This document shows positions 27,693 through 40,519 of a stretch of 64,000 nt of DNA, in pieces. The notes under the pieces were generated by a model, which saw only the letters and a program-made list of their open reading frames with translations, was not told the DNA's origin and ran no database searches. Source of the DNA: Bugula neritina (taxonomy: Eukaryota > Animalia > Bryozoa); NCBI GenBank assembly GCA_964035545.1, contig OZ037768.1, positions 3,938,741-4,002,740 on the forward strand. The letters are read 5' to 3'. Each line of letters starts with the position of its first letter. Position 1 is the first letter of the stretch. The position numbers and the translations under genes were made by a program.

Positions 27693-30600
27693 TTATCGCC
27701 TATCAGTCTTGCCAGACTTTCGCTTTCCAGAGAAGAGATGTTTTGGCTTTTTGACGGCAATATGGCGATCTGACTCTCCCATCTTTCCAAACTGGTTCAT
27801 CTTCCTCTGACTAGTTTTATGCATTTTTCTTGTTTGTGATGCCATCTACGAGTGAAATATAATAAAACTAGAACTAGACTGTGCAAAAGTGTTTACGCCA
27901 TGCTGTAGCTGAATATATGTTACAGCAACAGGAAATGTTGCACATGATGCAGAAGTATACATAGCAATAAGGTTATCAGCCTGGTAAACACAGGCTTATA
28001 GATTAAAAAACAGTCATGTTGATGGACTGATAATTAATAATAGAGTAAGATTTGGTGCTTTTTTACTCTTTTTTGAGCATTTTAAATAACAAAGCCATTT
28101 CACTGCAAGGATATGGAGCATGTATCAGCATGTAAAGAAATATATCAACAACCAAAACGCGGCCATGCAGCTTACCGACACATCCCTAACACCAGACACA
28201 TCACGTGGCACTTTAGAACTACTTCGTATCACTCCCTCAGAATCTTCTCTCTGTCGTTTGAGTGGACGACGAGTCTCACTTCGAGATCTTGTCTTGCTGA
28301 AGTGTTTCTAGGAAATAATACGAGATCAGCGCTTGACAAGCACACAAAACAAACATAGAGATTATATCTTCAACAGTTGAGAAAAGATGGCAGGAAGAGG
28401 TGTGGTGGTGAAGCAGGCCTTACCTCATCATCTGACTCCAGCTCCACGCCCAGATCGTTCATCTGCGACTTCAGTTTCTTCCCACTCATCTTCTCAGCTG
28501 TTCGCGGCAGTCTTGTCTTGATTCTGTGTCTTTCTTGTGCTTCCTTCTTCAGTATCTGACGTCTTTCTCGTATTCTACAGATATTATAATGTGTGAGTCA
28601 ACATGCACTTATTGAGGTACAATTGAAACTAGAGGCAGACAACTCTCAGGAATAACTGCACCGCAGGGAATATGTAACTTTAGTAACCACCACCATGATC
28701 GTCTTAAGGCCAGAACACACAACACCCAAATCCAAGCCAAGCACGGAAAGACGGAAAAGACTACTAACACCATTGATTTTCTCTTATGTAGTGTATTCTG
28801 AAAAATTGAAGCTAAGCCAAACCTGGTCAAAGTTCAATCGTATTTCGACCATCAAAATTCAGCTACACCATAACAACCACTACCAACAACAGAGTTCTAA
28901 AGCTACTGAAGCTACTGTTTACTGAGTGAACATTGTTACAACAGACTGCTTTAAAACTGAGTAAGCCAACAAGTTACGTCTGAATATTTACTAACTTGTC
29001 GGCTGTTTTTCTGATAGTAAGCGTCTCCTCATCTTCTTCAGAACTCTCGTTATCATACACACCGGCCTTCATCCTCATGTCCTCCTCACGCTCCAGGGCG
29101 TCCAGTTTCTAACAACATACAGGACCATAATCAGCAACCAAAGCTTCACACAAGTACAACCTCCTTCTATCAGATGCCTGAAACGCCTTAGTTTTCCTTA
29201 GCTTTTGTTTGACGAAAAATGCTGTTCTAACTTTGCACTTCGAATTCAAATTGCAAAAAACAATTAGAATACATAATATACAAGTATAACACTGGTCAAC
29301 ACCGAATATTATGTAGATAAATTTCATGGTAGCAATACACCTGACAAAAGAAGTTCGCTATAACCTATGCCTTGAAACAATATTTTAAAAGCTATTAAAC
29401 TGATAAACAACTACAGATTTACACAATAATGTTGAGTTTTAGTGAAGCTCACATTGCACACTTCAAACTTGAAGATATTATATACTATAGTACGTATTCA
29501 CCCACCTCCATAATCTCAGGATCTATATAGTCGGCTATGTTTCTACCGGACCAGATCTCTGGAATTACATCTTGCTTCCACTCATCATTCTTCAGATCCC
29601 AGTTTTCTGTAAGCAGCAGTTGACTTGCATAATCAGACACACACATAATGTTTATAAATTACGACAGAATTTTATTTGTAAAACATCTCACCATCCAACT
29701 AGTTTCATACGTTTCTAGGCAACTAACATGATCAAAATGCCCGCATTAGAAAAAAGACACATGTAAAATAGATAGAAATTATGAGTGAAGAGAAAAGCAC
29801 TGCATTATGAATAATAGAAAGCAGCATGTAAACTTAAAAGAATTGTGAATATACAACTTACTCTGTAAGTCCAGAATGTACTCATCACCCATTTCCAGTT
29901 CAATATCTCTTTCCTACCAACATGCGATGTAGTGTGTAATGGTGAGTAAGCAACGGTATATGTTACTACACAGCATATGTCAATTCAAATAACATTAGAC
30001 AAGCTATTAACTGTTGACGAATGAGTTCTTACTTATTTATTATATCATTGGGTAATTTAGTGTTGTAACGGTTTAATAAATAAATATTTTTAGCACATCC
30101 ATCTAACTTTATATTTGCTATTACAGAACATGTATATTACACATCATGACCAGAAAAACGCATCCAACTATAAAATGTTTAAATTAAACCTACCAGAACC
30201 TTCTTCTGAGCCTGAACTGCTGCTTGACCCTTCCTTTTAGCCAAGACACCAGGTGGTATGCAAGGAGGTCTCACCTGCACACAGAAGTATAGGTATAGAT
30301 ACATTTTTCAACATTAGAGGTAGTACAAAGCAGCTTACTATAGAAAGTATTGCAGTTTAATCATATTATTTTAATCCTACAACTTGACAACTATTGCATA
30401 TAATCTTTCACACTTCAGTTTCCAACAATAGTATAAATAACAAACATGCATGACTGTGCTTATGACACTGCAACGTAATTATATATGTATATTCTCACTA
30501 GATGCAAATTATGTTAAGAAACAATCGAGAAATACCACATTCGTTCACTTGCATAGTTTGTTACTAGCAGTTGAAAGTCAATTAAAAAAAAATTCAGAAA

Positions 30601-33600
30601 TTATTTAGACGCACTAAATATAAAATTAGTTTGTAAATGCATGGAACCAGTAATTTTGAAAATGTAAATATGCCACATTTCGTTAACACAAGCTAATTAC
30701 ACGTTAAGCAGGCAACCTATTGGAGGAGACTACACCACCCGCCATACCTTCTCATCTCTTTGTGCAGGTAAAGCCACATGCAGCCTATTCATGATGTCAT
30801 TGACCTTTCGACCTCTAGCCTTAGTCTCCACACGAACGGCCAGGAGACGGTCACACGCTTCAGTCTTCACTTTCATTATCCCCTCCTCGGTTACCGTACT
30901 CATTGGTAGGACTGGAATCTTCTCAGCTTCAAACTTCTTGAAAATCTGAACTCAAAATTTAACATAGCATATGACTAGACAGCAGCCACGGGGAGTGAAT
31001 ATTACAGAGTTTGTATGTGTTGATAGAGCAGGGTGACAGCAATGCAGGTGGCAGGAGATGGTCAATAGCTGAATTTAATGACACATTTAATGCATATTAC
31101 ACTGCATTCCTGAAATACTGGACATCACTGCAGTGTAATAGATGAAAGTACAGTTAGCATTACCCTCCCTTCATTATATTATTAGATCAGAAACATAAGT
31201 TGCGTGTCTCCTATTACCCTGATAAATATAAAACCAGTGTAGGCCGATAACATTTGGTTATTCAAACAAGAATGAAGATTTCAACTTTGAAGCGTATAGT
31301 GCTTCAAATAGTTTAAATCAATAAATTATCTTACAAACTTTTCATAGTAATTTTATCTGCACAACATTAAAGACGAGATATTTACCTCAATAGCATCCGG
31401 AGAAAGCTCATCAAAGGGTACAACATCCACCTTGTTGGCGCAAATCATGAGTGGCTTGTTTTGGAACAGTGGCTTGATAGACTCAAACAACTCGTACTAA
31501 ATGTTAAAAAGTAGAGTTAATGTTAAATCTACGAGTTTCTAATGACAGTAGAATTAATAACATTATGAAAATCAGTGAATGGAAGACAAAATCTCAACAT
31601 ATAGTTTACAATTCATGTCAATCTGCCTCAAGATAGTACTAAATATAGCAACACATGCAGGCTATACTAGAGTTACCAGCACATGAAGATTATACTAGAG
31701 TTATCAGTACATGTATGCAAATTATACTAGAGTTACCAGCACATGCAGGTTATACTAGAGTTATCAGCACATGCAGGTTATACTAGAGTTATCAGCACAT
31801 GCAGGCTATACTAGAGTTATCAGCACATGCAAGTTATACTAGAGTTATCAGCACATGCAGGTTACACTAGAGTTATCAGCACATGATGACAACTGATGCA
31901 AGGTTTCTGACAGCTCACCTGCTGACTCAGGTTATAACCACATAGCTCTGACACGTCCATTACGTAGAGCACAGCGGCTCTGAGATGGGCCAGGGCTGTG
32001 ATGGCTTGCATCTCAATGGTATTCCTGTCCTCCAGGGAATGGTCGAGGATACCAGGAGTGTCTATCACCTACAATGTCTACTGCTGTGTGAGATGCAGTG
32101 CAATGTAATACCTCATAATGTATACATAATGCAACTGCAATTGTGATACATCTCTCAGCTAACATACCATGTCATTCACGCTGACAGTTTATTGAACAAC
32201 TTCTTTAATGAGCCGAATCTTCATTTAGAATATAAAATTATATCTATTTATGCAGATATAAATTAATAATTGGGAGTCAAATTGAGTCCTAAATTTTATT
32301 TTGTTTAGCTGTCGGCAAACATAGTACAATGAGATGAATGTGTTATGGGACAGTAATATGGAGAAGTTTGTATAGCAAAATTTAGCTGTTGCTAAACATA
32401 TGGAACATTGAACTAATATACTGACCTGCCAGCGGAGATATCTGTAGTCCATGTGCCCCACATACAGAGACTTTGTGGTAAAGGCGTAGGGCTGCACCTC
32501 AACATCGGCCCGAGTAACCTTGTTCATGAAGCTAGATTTCCCAACGTTGGGAAAGCCACACACTAGCAGAGTCCTGGTGTTTGGGTCTATAGAGGGAAGA
32601 CGACTCAAATGTTGCCTGACCTGCTCCAAGTAGGTGAGGGACTGATTCTGGCGTTTCATTATGGTGCACATTCTAAAGCAGAGTATTACATGTCAGTATG
32701 AAATGTTACTATATCATTACAAAAACTAACTGGTGTCTGTCTAAAATCTAAATTTTTCCTTTAGAAATAATAATGTGGAGTAGAAAACCAGTTTTATAAG
32801 GGTTTTCTACTCCACATTATTATTTCTAAAGGAAAAATTTAGATTTTAGACAGACACCAGTTTTATAAGGGTTTTCTACTACTTAATATTATAGTCAAAA
32901 TGTGATCATAGTTACAGACCCTCACAATTCAACTTGAGCTATTACTTAGCTATTGTCCTCTCCCTCTCCTACATAGTCCTAATAGCAAGTAAAACTAGAC
33001 GATGAACATGGATCATGTATTTAACCGTATTACTAACAAGGAGTAAACTCTACCTGCCAAGAGCTGCCTTCTTCAGCTGCTTGCACCTGTACAGAGTGTC
33101 AGCATACTTGATCAGCCTCGAGTAATCCTTGGCCACACTGCAGGAAGTAACAACAATATCATCAACAGATTACAGATTACTGCTATACAGGTTGAGGAAC
33201 AGCTACTCCAATACAACAAATACAGCAACATGCATTGCCAAAAGAACTTCTACTGGAATATATTAGCCTGGTTAGAGGAGTGCAAATAGTAAATGAAACA
33301 CATGGGAAGAAGTAGAACAGAAATACTAACTTATCTATGAGATGCCTGGCCGTGTTGATCTGCCCCAAAGCTAGCTTGTAATGATCCCTGTCATACAGAA
33401 CATTCATCAAGTCTGCATAGAATGGATGAATATCCTACAAAACACACACAGAACTGTGTTGAATGAACAATAAAACTCTATCTAAAGGTGAGATATAATG
33501 ATTAGAGCTTCTGATCCAGTTTGAAATTCGAAGACATCGTTTAACCATGACTTTCAAATAGAGGTCTATGTGCTCACATCTAGTTTGGGAAAGTCCTCCA

Positions 33601-33908
33601 GAATTTGAGAGAGCTTATCATGGAAGTTCTGTTGGGTGAATTTGACTTTTTTCATATAGAACTGTCTTATTCTACCTATGGCATATTGTTTGTGGACTTC
33701 GGTAGGCGTCTTTCTTTGTGTTTTAGACAATATAATGTCAATAAAATCCTGTAAAATGAAAATAAAAACACTATTAGTCACAATACATCCATTAAAGGAA
33801 ATGGAGAAATAAAAACAAATTTCACATGCAAAAGTAATGTTACAGAAATAAAATATTTACCTTTGACGTTGGGACAACAATAATCTTTTTAAAGTTATAC
33901 TGCGACAT
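27693..33908 (-). CDS. GTPBP4: Nucleolar GTP-binding protein 1 (NOG1), about 15 coding exons
   Basis: Starts [16 protein letters not shown]|[16 protein letters not shown]; G1 [17 protein letters not shown]3 DTPG, G4 NKVD; ends [18 protein letters not shown] (TAA at 27693-27695). Introns are GT-AG. Confidence 0.97.
28670..28875 (-). ncRNA. Candidate box H/ACA snoRNA in a GTPBP4 intron
   Basis: On the host sense strand: a 5' hairpin (TATG/CATA, GTGTA/TACAC, CTGA/TCAG, TGGTCGAA/TTTGACCA), a hinge AGAGAA matching ANANNA at 28779-28784, a 3' hairpin (TTAGTAGTC/GGTTACTAA, CGTCTT/AAGACG) and ACA at 28673-28675. Confidence 0.5.
31650..31885. repeat. Minisatellite, ~28-bp unit ACATGCAGGTTATACTAGAGTTATCAGC, about 8 copies, in a GTPBP4 intron
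   Basis: Head-to-tail copies with no spacers. Confidence 0.93.
32728..32880. repeat. Perfect 62-bp inverted repeat with an 11-nt spacer, plus a 25-bp direct duplication
   Basis: Arm 32728-32789 is the exact reverse complement of 32801-32862. ACCAGTTTTATAAGGGTTTTCTACT occurs at 32787-32811 and 32856-32880. Confidence 0.95.
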
Positions 33909-35049
33909 GATTTTGGTGATGTTCTCCAATGAAGTTAATATCTATAAAAAGAAATAAAAAACAACAAATTAATCCTGAATAAATGAGGAATAAATCAAAT
34001 GCATGTATTAATAGCATACTTTTCATTACTCCAACAACTAGTTTACTGGCTAATGCTAAAAATAAATTTAATTAGCATTACCAAAACTAATTTTTAAACT
34101 TAAATCGAAAACTAAAATAAAAATTAATTTGAAAAGCAAATGTATCAAGACATGACAGTACAATGTTAATTATAATGAAGATCAGTATGAAACAATCATA
34201 ATGTTGGCTTGAGCTTTTTTAGTTTATAACTACTAAATTAAATTGAATTGATGGCTCATGCCATAATGATAATGATAACTTGAGACCCCCAGCATCAGAC
34301 TCAGCTTTGAAATAAAATTTAATGGCAATAGGCACAGCAAAAATAGCTATCAGTATAAATATTCCACGTTTCAATTCAACCTTAAAGTATTAAGTTTAAC
34401 TTCAAGTTGTTAACTATAACTTAGTCCCAAGCTTAAACTTAAACTAAACATCAATTTCAAACATGAACATGATGAACTTCAAATTAATTTTAAATACGAA
34501 TACTATAGTAACACTAACTCGCTAACTGTCTAATAGTAAATGTAATACTAATAGTGTAATAGTAATACTAATATAATATTAATACTGAAAGAAACTAGTA
34601 GTAGTACTACTAAAATATTATATTAATATAAATCTAAATAAAAATCAAAGCTGCAACTGTAAAATTAAAAATAATTATAATACCAAGTCTAATCATCATA
34701 ATGTCAATAAGCAATAATTAAATAGACAAAATAAAAATGAAAATTAAATTGAAATTAAATTTGCAATACTATTTCAAATAACACATTTAATAAATGACTG
34801 AGTCACATTCAATTTCATACATTTAATAAATCACTAAATTTTAATAAAATTAAATCAAATGACTTAATCTACATCATTTATGATTTATAATTTTATACCC
34901 TAAAAAACACACCACTAAAGATTCAGTAGTATTTGTTCAAAACACATTACAGTTGACTTATTGTAGGGCTATATGCTCAACTGAATGAGAAACGTAAAGC
35001 AAATTACTAGGAGTACATGTGTTTCAGTTAATGCTCAGCCCCATGGGAA

Positions 35050-35200
35050 TTAGCTCTATAATATAATTAATAATATCTATAGAGCACGTGTGGGTATTGA
35101 AATGACATGCGTAGTGAACGTTTCCTGTTCCGGTTGTGACGAAACAGGAGGTTAATTCGTAGCAGTAGCTAGATATTTCGCGAACTTATTTTTTAACCGC
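35050..35200. promoter_or_regulatory. Probable bidirectional promoter between GTPBP4 (-) and G6PC-like 1 (+)
   Basis: CpG-containing island between head-to-head genes, with E-box CACGTG (35085-35090), ETS-like TTCCGG (35128-35133) and E2F-like TTTCGCG (35176-35182). Confidence 0.5.
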
Positions 35201-35284
35201 TTTTCTGTTGTTTCACCTTGGACTTTTTATTTTTAATTGCATTATATTTGATGACAACGAAATGTACCATTAATATATTATGCT

Positions 35285-38200
35285 ATGGCAACCATAAAAC
35301 TAATCCCATTTATAGATTCTCTTATAAAGCCCATATATGTCTATGGAATAGAAATTATTCAAGCATCCCAAAGAAACTTTAAGGTAGGGAAGCAAAATAT
35401 CAACATATTTAATTTTATTATGCATTAAAGAATAAAATGTAGCAAGAAGGGTTAGTTGACTTAAATAATAATCAGTATTATGACAAAAATGTTTTCAAAA
35501 TATTTGTATCAGTTAGGACTTCCACGTCATTGACAATTCAATTTGAATTTATTTTATTTTCTAATATAAACTTTCAATGATTGTCAAACATCTTCGATTG
35601 TTTTATATTCTTTATTTTTGATAACAGAGTACTATCATTTAAAAAAAAGTTGAGCTTCAAAATACAAAATAGGATTATTGAAAGTTGTGCCTTTGCTTTA
35701 TTATGAGAATGTGTTTACTGTTAAACATTTCAAGCTGAAATTCAAATTGACTGTTAAATTAACTACTGTACTATTAGTATTACTATAGCCCTTGTCATTG
35801 TACTTAAATATATTGACATATGCTTATTAGTATTAGTTTACTATATTTCCTGTTATTCAACACAATCAGACTTTCTTATAGTCCCAATTCCTGTATATAA
35901 TTTATAATCTAATTAGATTTTTGAAAGCCTATGACCTTCATTTACCTCAAGCCGTGCTGGCAATATAGCCTTAGGCTAAGGGCTTTAAAATTGTACAGAA
36001 GAAGCTTCAATAAAATTAGTTTTTGGTGTCACCAATAGATTTTATAGAACATAAGTTATAGAAACTACCAGCTTAGCACTATTTAGCCTACTAATGGTAA
36101 CTACCCCTCTATCATTAATTATGTTATTTTTTCTTTTTACTAAATTGTCTAGAAAATGTACCAATAATAATAATTAACTATGGTAGTTGTGAAAATCATA
36201 TGAATAATTATTGTAAATTAAGTTATTATTAATTAATTTAAGTGAAGTTCAAGAAATAACCATTTTTCATTGATTGTTAGTAAACACTTTATTGAAACTA
36301 GCCTCACTAGCCACATGTTTTAATGCAGGTATGGGAGTCTCTACTGTACAACATTTATCAGCTGGCTGATCCATGGATGGTTTATTTTATCTTTTTCCCA
36401 TTAATTTACTACAACAACATGCGAATGGGTCTGAGGATTATATGGGCTACAGCAGTAACTGAATATGTTTGCATCATATTCAAACTGTAAGCTATCTATT
36501 ATTATAAAGCAAAAACGCTCACAAAATTTCTAAATGAATTATACTTTTAACCGGATTCTAAATAGGACTAAGGACTAAAGCACAGTTTTTTAGTCACTAA
36601 TTTTAATTTCTTGACCACATATGTCATCTTTTAGAATGGTCCATGGTCATCGTCCATACTGGTGGATCTATGAATCTCCATACCACATTACAGCTCCCCG
36701 AATCGGCCAATTCCCTTGGACATGTGAAACTACACCTGGTTTGGCATTGTTTAATTAACTATAAAATTGTGTTTATAAATAAGCTAATTTTGTCATTTTA
36801 TCTGCTTTTAGTGATGGACATAAGTCATTACTAATATCAATGCCCATAAAGAAATAACTTTTTATCATTGTACAAATCATGTTTTATATTCTTATACTAT
36901 GCAAATATTCTGTAACTGTAGTTCAATTATTAAAACACACACAACTTTTTTTTAAATAATACTATTCTAGCTTACCGGAAGATTGTTGAAGTCAATATGT
37001 GAATTACCATTACGTATTTCCTCATGGAAAATATTATCTTATTGTTGACACATTTATAAGCTCTGGTTTGTTTCAGCAACTCCTTCTGAACGAACTATGG
37101 TGACAGCCTGCATCAGCTTTATACTCCTTCAGCACTTCTGTAGATGTAAAGGACTTTCAATGCAGTGCGAGTGAGTTGAGCTACTTATTACTATGTTCAT
37201 CTAATTTGTTGTATTTTATTGCTATTCTGTTTTAAATTAAATTTAATTGAAACTTGAAATTTTTGCATTAAGTATTGGGATTTCTTACACTTTATATAAT
37301 TTTGAATTCTATTTTTTTAAATATATTGTAATAAATGTTGCTGCCATAATGATTATTGTAAGAATAGTAGCATTATGATGTCAACAGAGCAAAACATTGC
37401 TAATGCTAATGTATGCCAGTAATTAGTTGTAGTACCACCCACTTTACCTCACATTTTCCTATTTTACCAAATTTTGTCATTTTCTCATATTTTTAGCTGG
37501 CAGAAGTATTTGCTAGTGTGGAGTGGCTACTATCTCCTACAGTTACTAATAATCATAGCTGGAGCATTTTTTGCCACAACATTTCCTCACCAGGCTATCA
37601 TTGGAACACTTATGGGTAGATGCAATTTACGTTACTAATTGCAAATATAATTTGTTTTAGATTTGTTAATTACATAACTTCAATGAGTGGATGTTGCACA
37701 AAATCATAAGAAGTTATACGAAACTATTGTTATGAAAATTCTGATCCTCCATTTAGTAAAATAGGCACTATGATTGGTAAATATTGTTCACTTTTGCAGG
37801 CAGTATGATGGCAAGAAGGTTTGCTAGAACTAATGTCCTCGAAATATCCTTTGCTGGTTTTACTTGGATGATGTTTTTTATGATTTCACTATTTTCTATG
37901 CTGAATGGTGCCATGTGGGTACTCGGCCTTGACCCCACCTGGTCAGGTACTAAGGCTTCAATGGCCTGTATTAAGATAGCCTGGATGGACATCTACAGAA
38001 ACATGCTTGTCGAAGACACCATCAGAGCTTCCGCAATGATTATGGGTAACCATGACAACAGTTTCTGAATACCACTTTGGTTATAGTTCAAAACATTTTT
38101 AGTTATAAAAATTATGTTATAAACATTTGGTTCATTTTAGTTATATTTATAAATTAGAAATGATATATATGGTGATTACTCTATAAACTTTAAATAACAT

Positions 38201-39493
38201 CACATGACTTCTACATTTACTATTAAATTTTTTATAGTTTCGCAATGACCAAGAGATCATGTTTTGTTGCAGGGATGGGTCTGGCTATACGATTTTTTAC
38301 TGCAAACGCCCTGAAGATTACTGATGGGTGTTTGACAAAAGTCAAGCTGGTGCACGCCGGTGTTGGTATCATCATCATTGTCATATTCGAGGCTTTTGTA
38401 CAACCGCCATTCTCCACCTCTCCATCTCTTTACTATCTGTTCAACTTTGTGAAGTACACAATTCCTCCTGTACTCATTATTACAGACATCCCATTCATCA
38501 CTGGACTTGGCAAAGTAAGTAGACGTGTATATACAGTATATACGAAAAGTAGGTAGATGTGTATATACAGTATATATGAAAAGTAAGTAGATGTGTATAT
38601 ACAGTATATATGAAAAGTAGGTAGATGTGTATATACAGTATATATGAAAAGTAGATGTGTATATACATATATATGAAAAGTAGGTAGGTGTGTATATACA
38701 GTATATATGAAAAGTAGATGTGTATATACAGTATATATGAAAAGTAGATGTGTATATACAATATATATGAAAAGTAGGTAGGTGTGTATATACAATATAT
38801 ATGAAAAGTAGGTAGATGTGTATATACAGTATATATGAAAAGTAGGTAGATGTGTATATACAGTATATATGAAAAGTAAGTAGATGTGTATATACAGTAT
38901 ATATATGAAAAGTAAGTAGACGTGTATATACAATATAGTGGCTACTATTATGTATAATTAGGAATAATTACATTTTTAGCTTTTACATATATTACCTAAA
39001 ATTGAAATATTGAAATTTGTCATACCAACATCAAAATTTTAAAACAAACGCATTTTCAAAGCTGAAGATGTTGTGTTATCTAAATAATCATATAAAAAGA
39101 TAGAATTCAACTCAGCTGGATTATTATAACTTACAATTATGAAAATAAATGAATTTGAGTAGCTAAAATAATGTATGCGGAGCTTGCTATGTTTGTCTCT
39201 CTACCACTAGTATTGCTGATGTGTAATGGCTATTGCAGTTGATCAGTGCTGGTATAGTTGATGACAACCCCAGGTGTTTCACTCATATGAAAGGTAGTCC
39301 AATGAATCCAGTTAGGGAGGGGGAGGGTGTACCGTCCCCTATTGATCAGGATGAGTATTCTACTCCAGGGGACTTCCACCACCCAAACCATAGCAATAGC
39401 AGTAAAAAGGTGAGTGATGCAGAGTTCATTCTTGTAAGCCAATTGTGTTTTGACGAAACATGCAAAGAAGCAGTTGAATCTTTCGCCGGGTGA
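35285..39493 (+). CDS. Glucose-6-phosphatase (G6PC/PAP2 family)-like protein 1, predicted catalytically inactive; 8 exons
   Basis: Exons 35285-35383, 36329-36486, 36635-36738, 37077-37170, 37497-37615, 37800-38045, 38273-38514, 39239-39493. Motifs LADP, FKLMVHGHRPYWW, QFPWTCETTP, FPHQ, GLDPTWS and KY..PP. Four introns match the human G6PC1 positions and phases. Confidence 0.9.
38515..38935. repeat. Minisatellite, 30-34-bp unit GTA(A/G)GTAGATGTGTATATACAGTATATATGAAAA, about 12-13 copies, starting at a splice donor
   Basis: Tandem copies begin at the GT of the exon-7 donor; accounts for the spurious ORFs 38433-38933 and 38498-38761. Confidence 0.95.
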
Positions 39494-40519
39494 AAATTGA
39501 AGTACCTCAAAAAGCTAAAATATAAAAAAGCTATTTGGAGAATAATTGATAGTTTCGCGCACTTCTGACTGATTATACATCTACAGTTTTTAGATGACAA
39601 ATAGCATTTGCCTTTGTTGTAGCGTACTAGAAGTAAAAGGCGCTAGAAATGGAAGTAACAGCTGTTCTTCTACCTTGCCTATTACAGCAACAGAGTAGAA
39701 TTTTGTGCTGTATACAATGTTCAAGTGAAAGATGATGCTTATTTATTCACAATCTTCCTATTTATGTTGAATGTAAAGCCTTCTAAGTGTCTATTTATGT
39801 GCAACTTTTCTCAATGGCATGTTTTGAGTTGTCTACTCTTGATTTTAATGTAACCTTTGATTGTCTTCTAAGTTGTTATTTTAAGATATTATATGATGTA
39901 AAATATAACCTTATGCAAACTCATATATCTTTGATTTGCTATAGTATGCTACTTGAACTTTATTGAGTTAAATTGTCACATACATGCATGCATACATGCA
40001 TACACATGCACAAATACATATAACTACACACATACATATATTATAATATATTATATTCATTTCTATGCAATGACAACTTTTTCTTGAAATCTTATTTTCT
40101 TTTTTATTTTTCCAAACAAAACACATGTTCCTGCCATGTAGATTTTTGCATAATTCTAGAAAAATAATTTATACGTAGCACGTAATTAGAATTTTTTAAG
40201 TTCATTTACATCAAATTATACATGATGGTTGCTGTGTTATATCTGCAACTTCAGTCATGGTTTCTATAAGAAAAAGTAACTCTAAACGAACTTAAAGGAC
40301 TCAAATCAACAGTGATCGAGTTGGCTATTAGCAGCCATTGCTCACATTTTTTCCAATTTATTTCAACCTACAAATCACTATGTTGCTAGTATTTTAGGAA
40401 TGAACAATTATTAAACAAGTAAACAATTAAATCACAACAATGGCTAGTAATCACTTAGTTTTCAACTAGAATTTCATTAGGCTGGTCTTAAACTGTGTTT
40501 GTTTCACACATTATTCAAT

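Noticed and set aside
29225-29315. Two adjacent hairpins ending in ACA in a GTPBP4 intron (- strand)
   Set aside because: No ANANNA hinge between the hairpins and the stems are AT-rich; too weak to call a snoRNA.
31650-31885. CRISPR-like 28-bp repeats
   Set aside because: Head-to-tail with no unique spacers, no cas genes, and located in a eukaryotic intron: a minisatellite.
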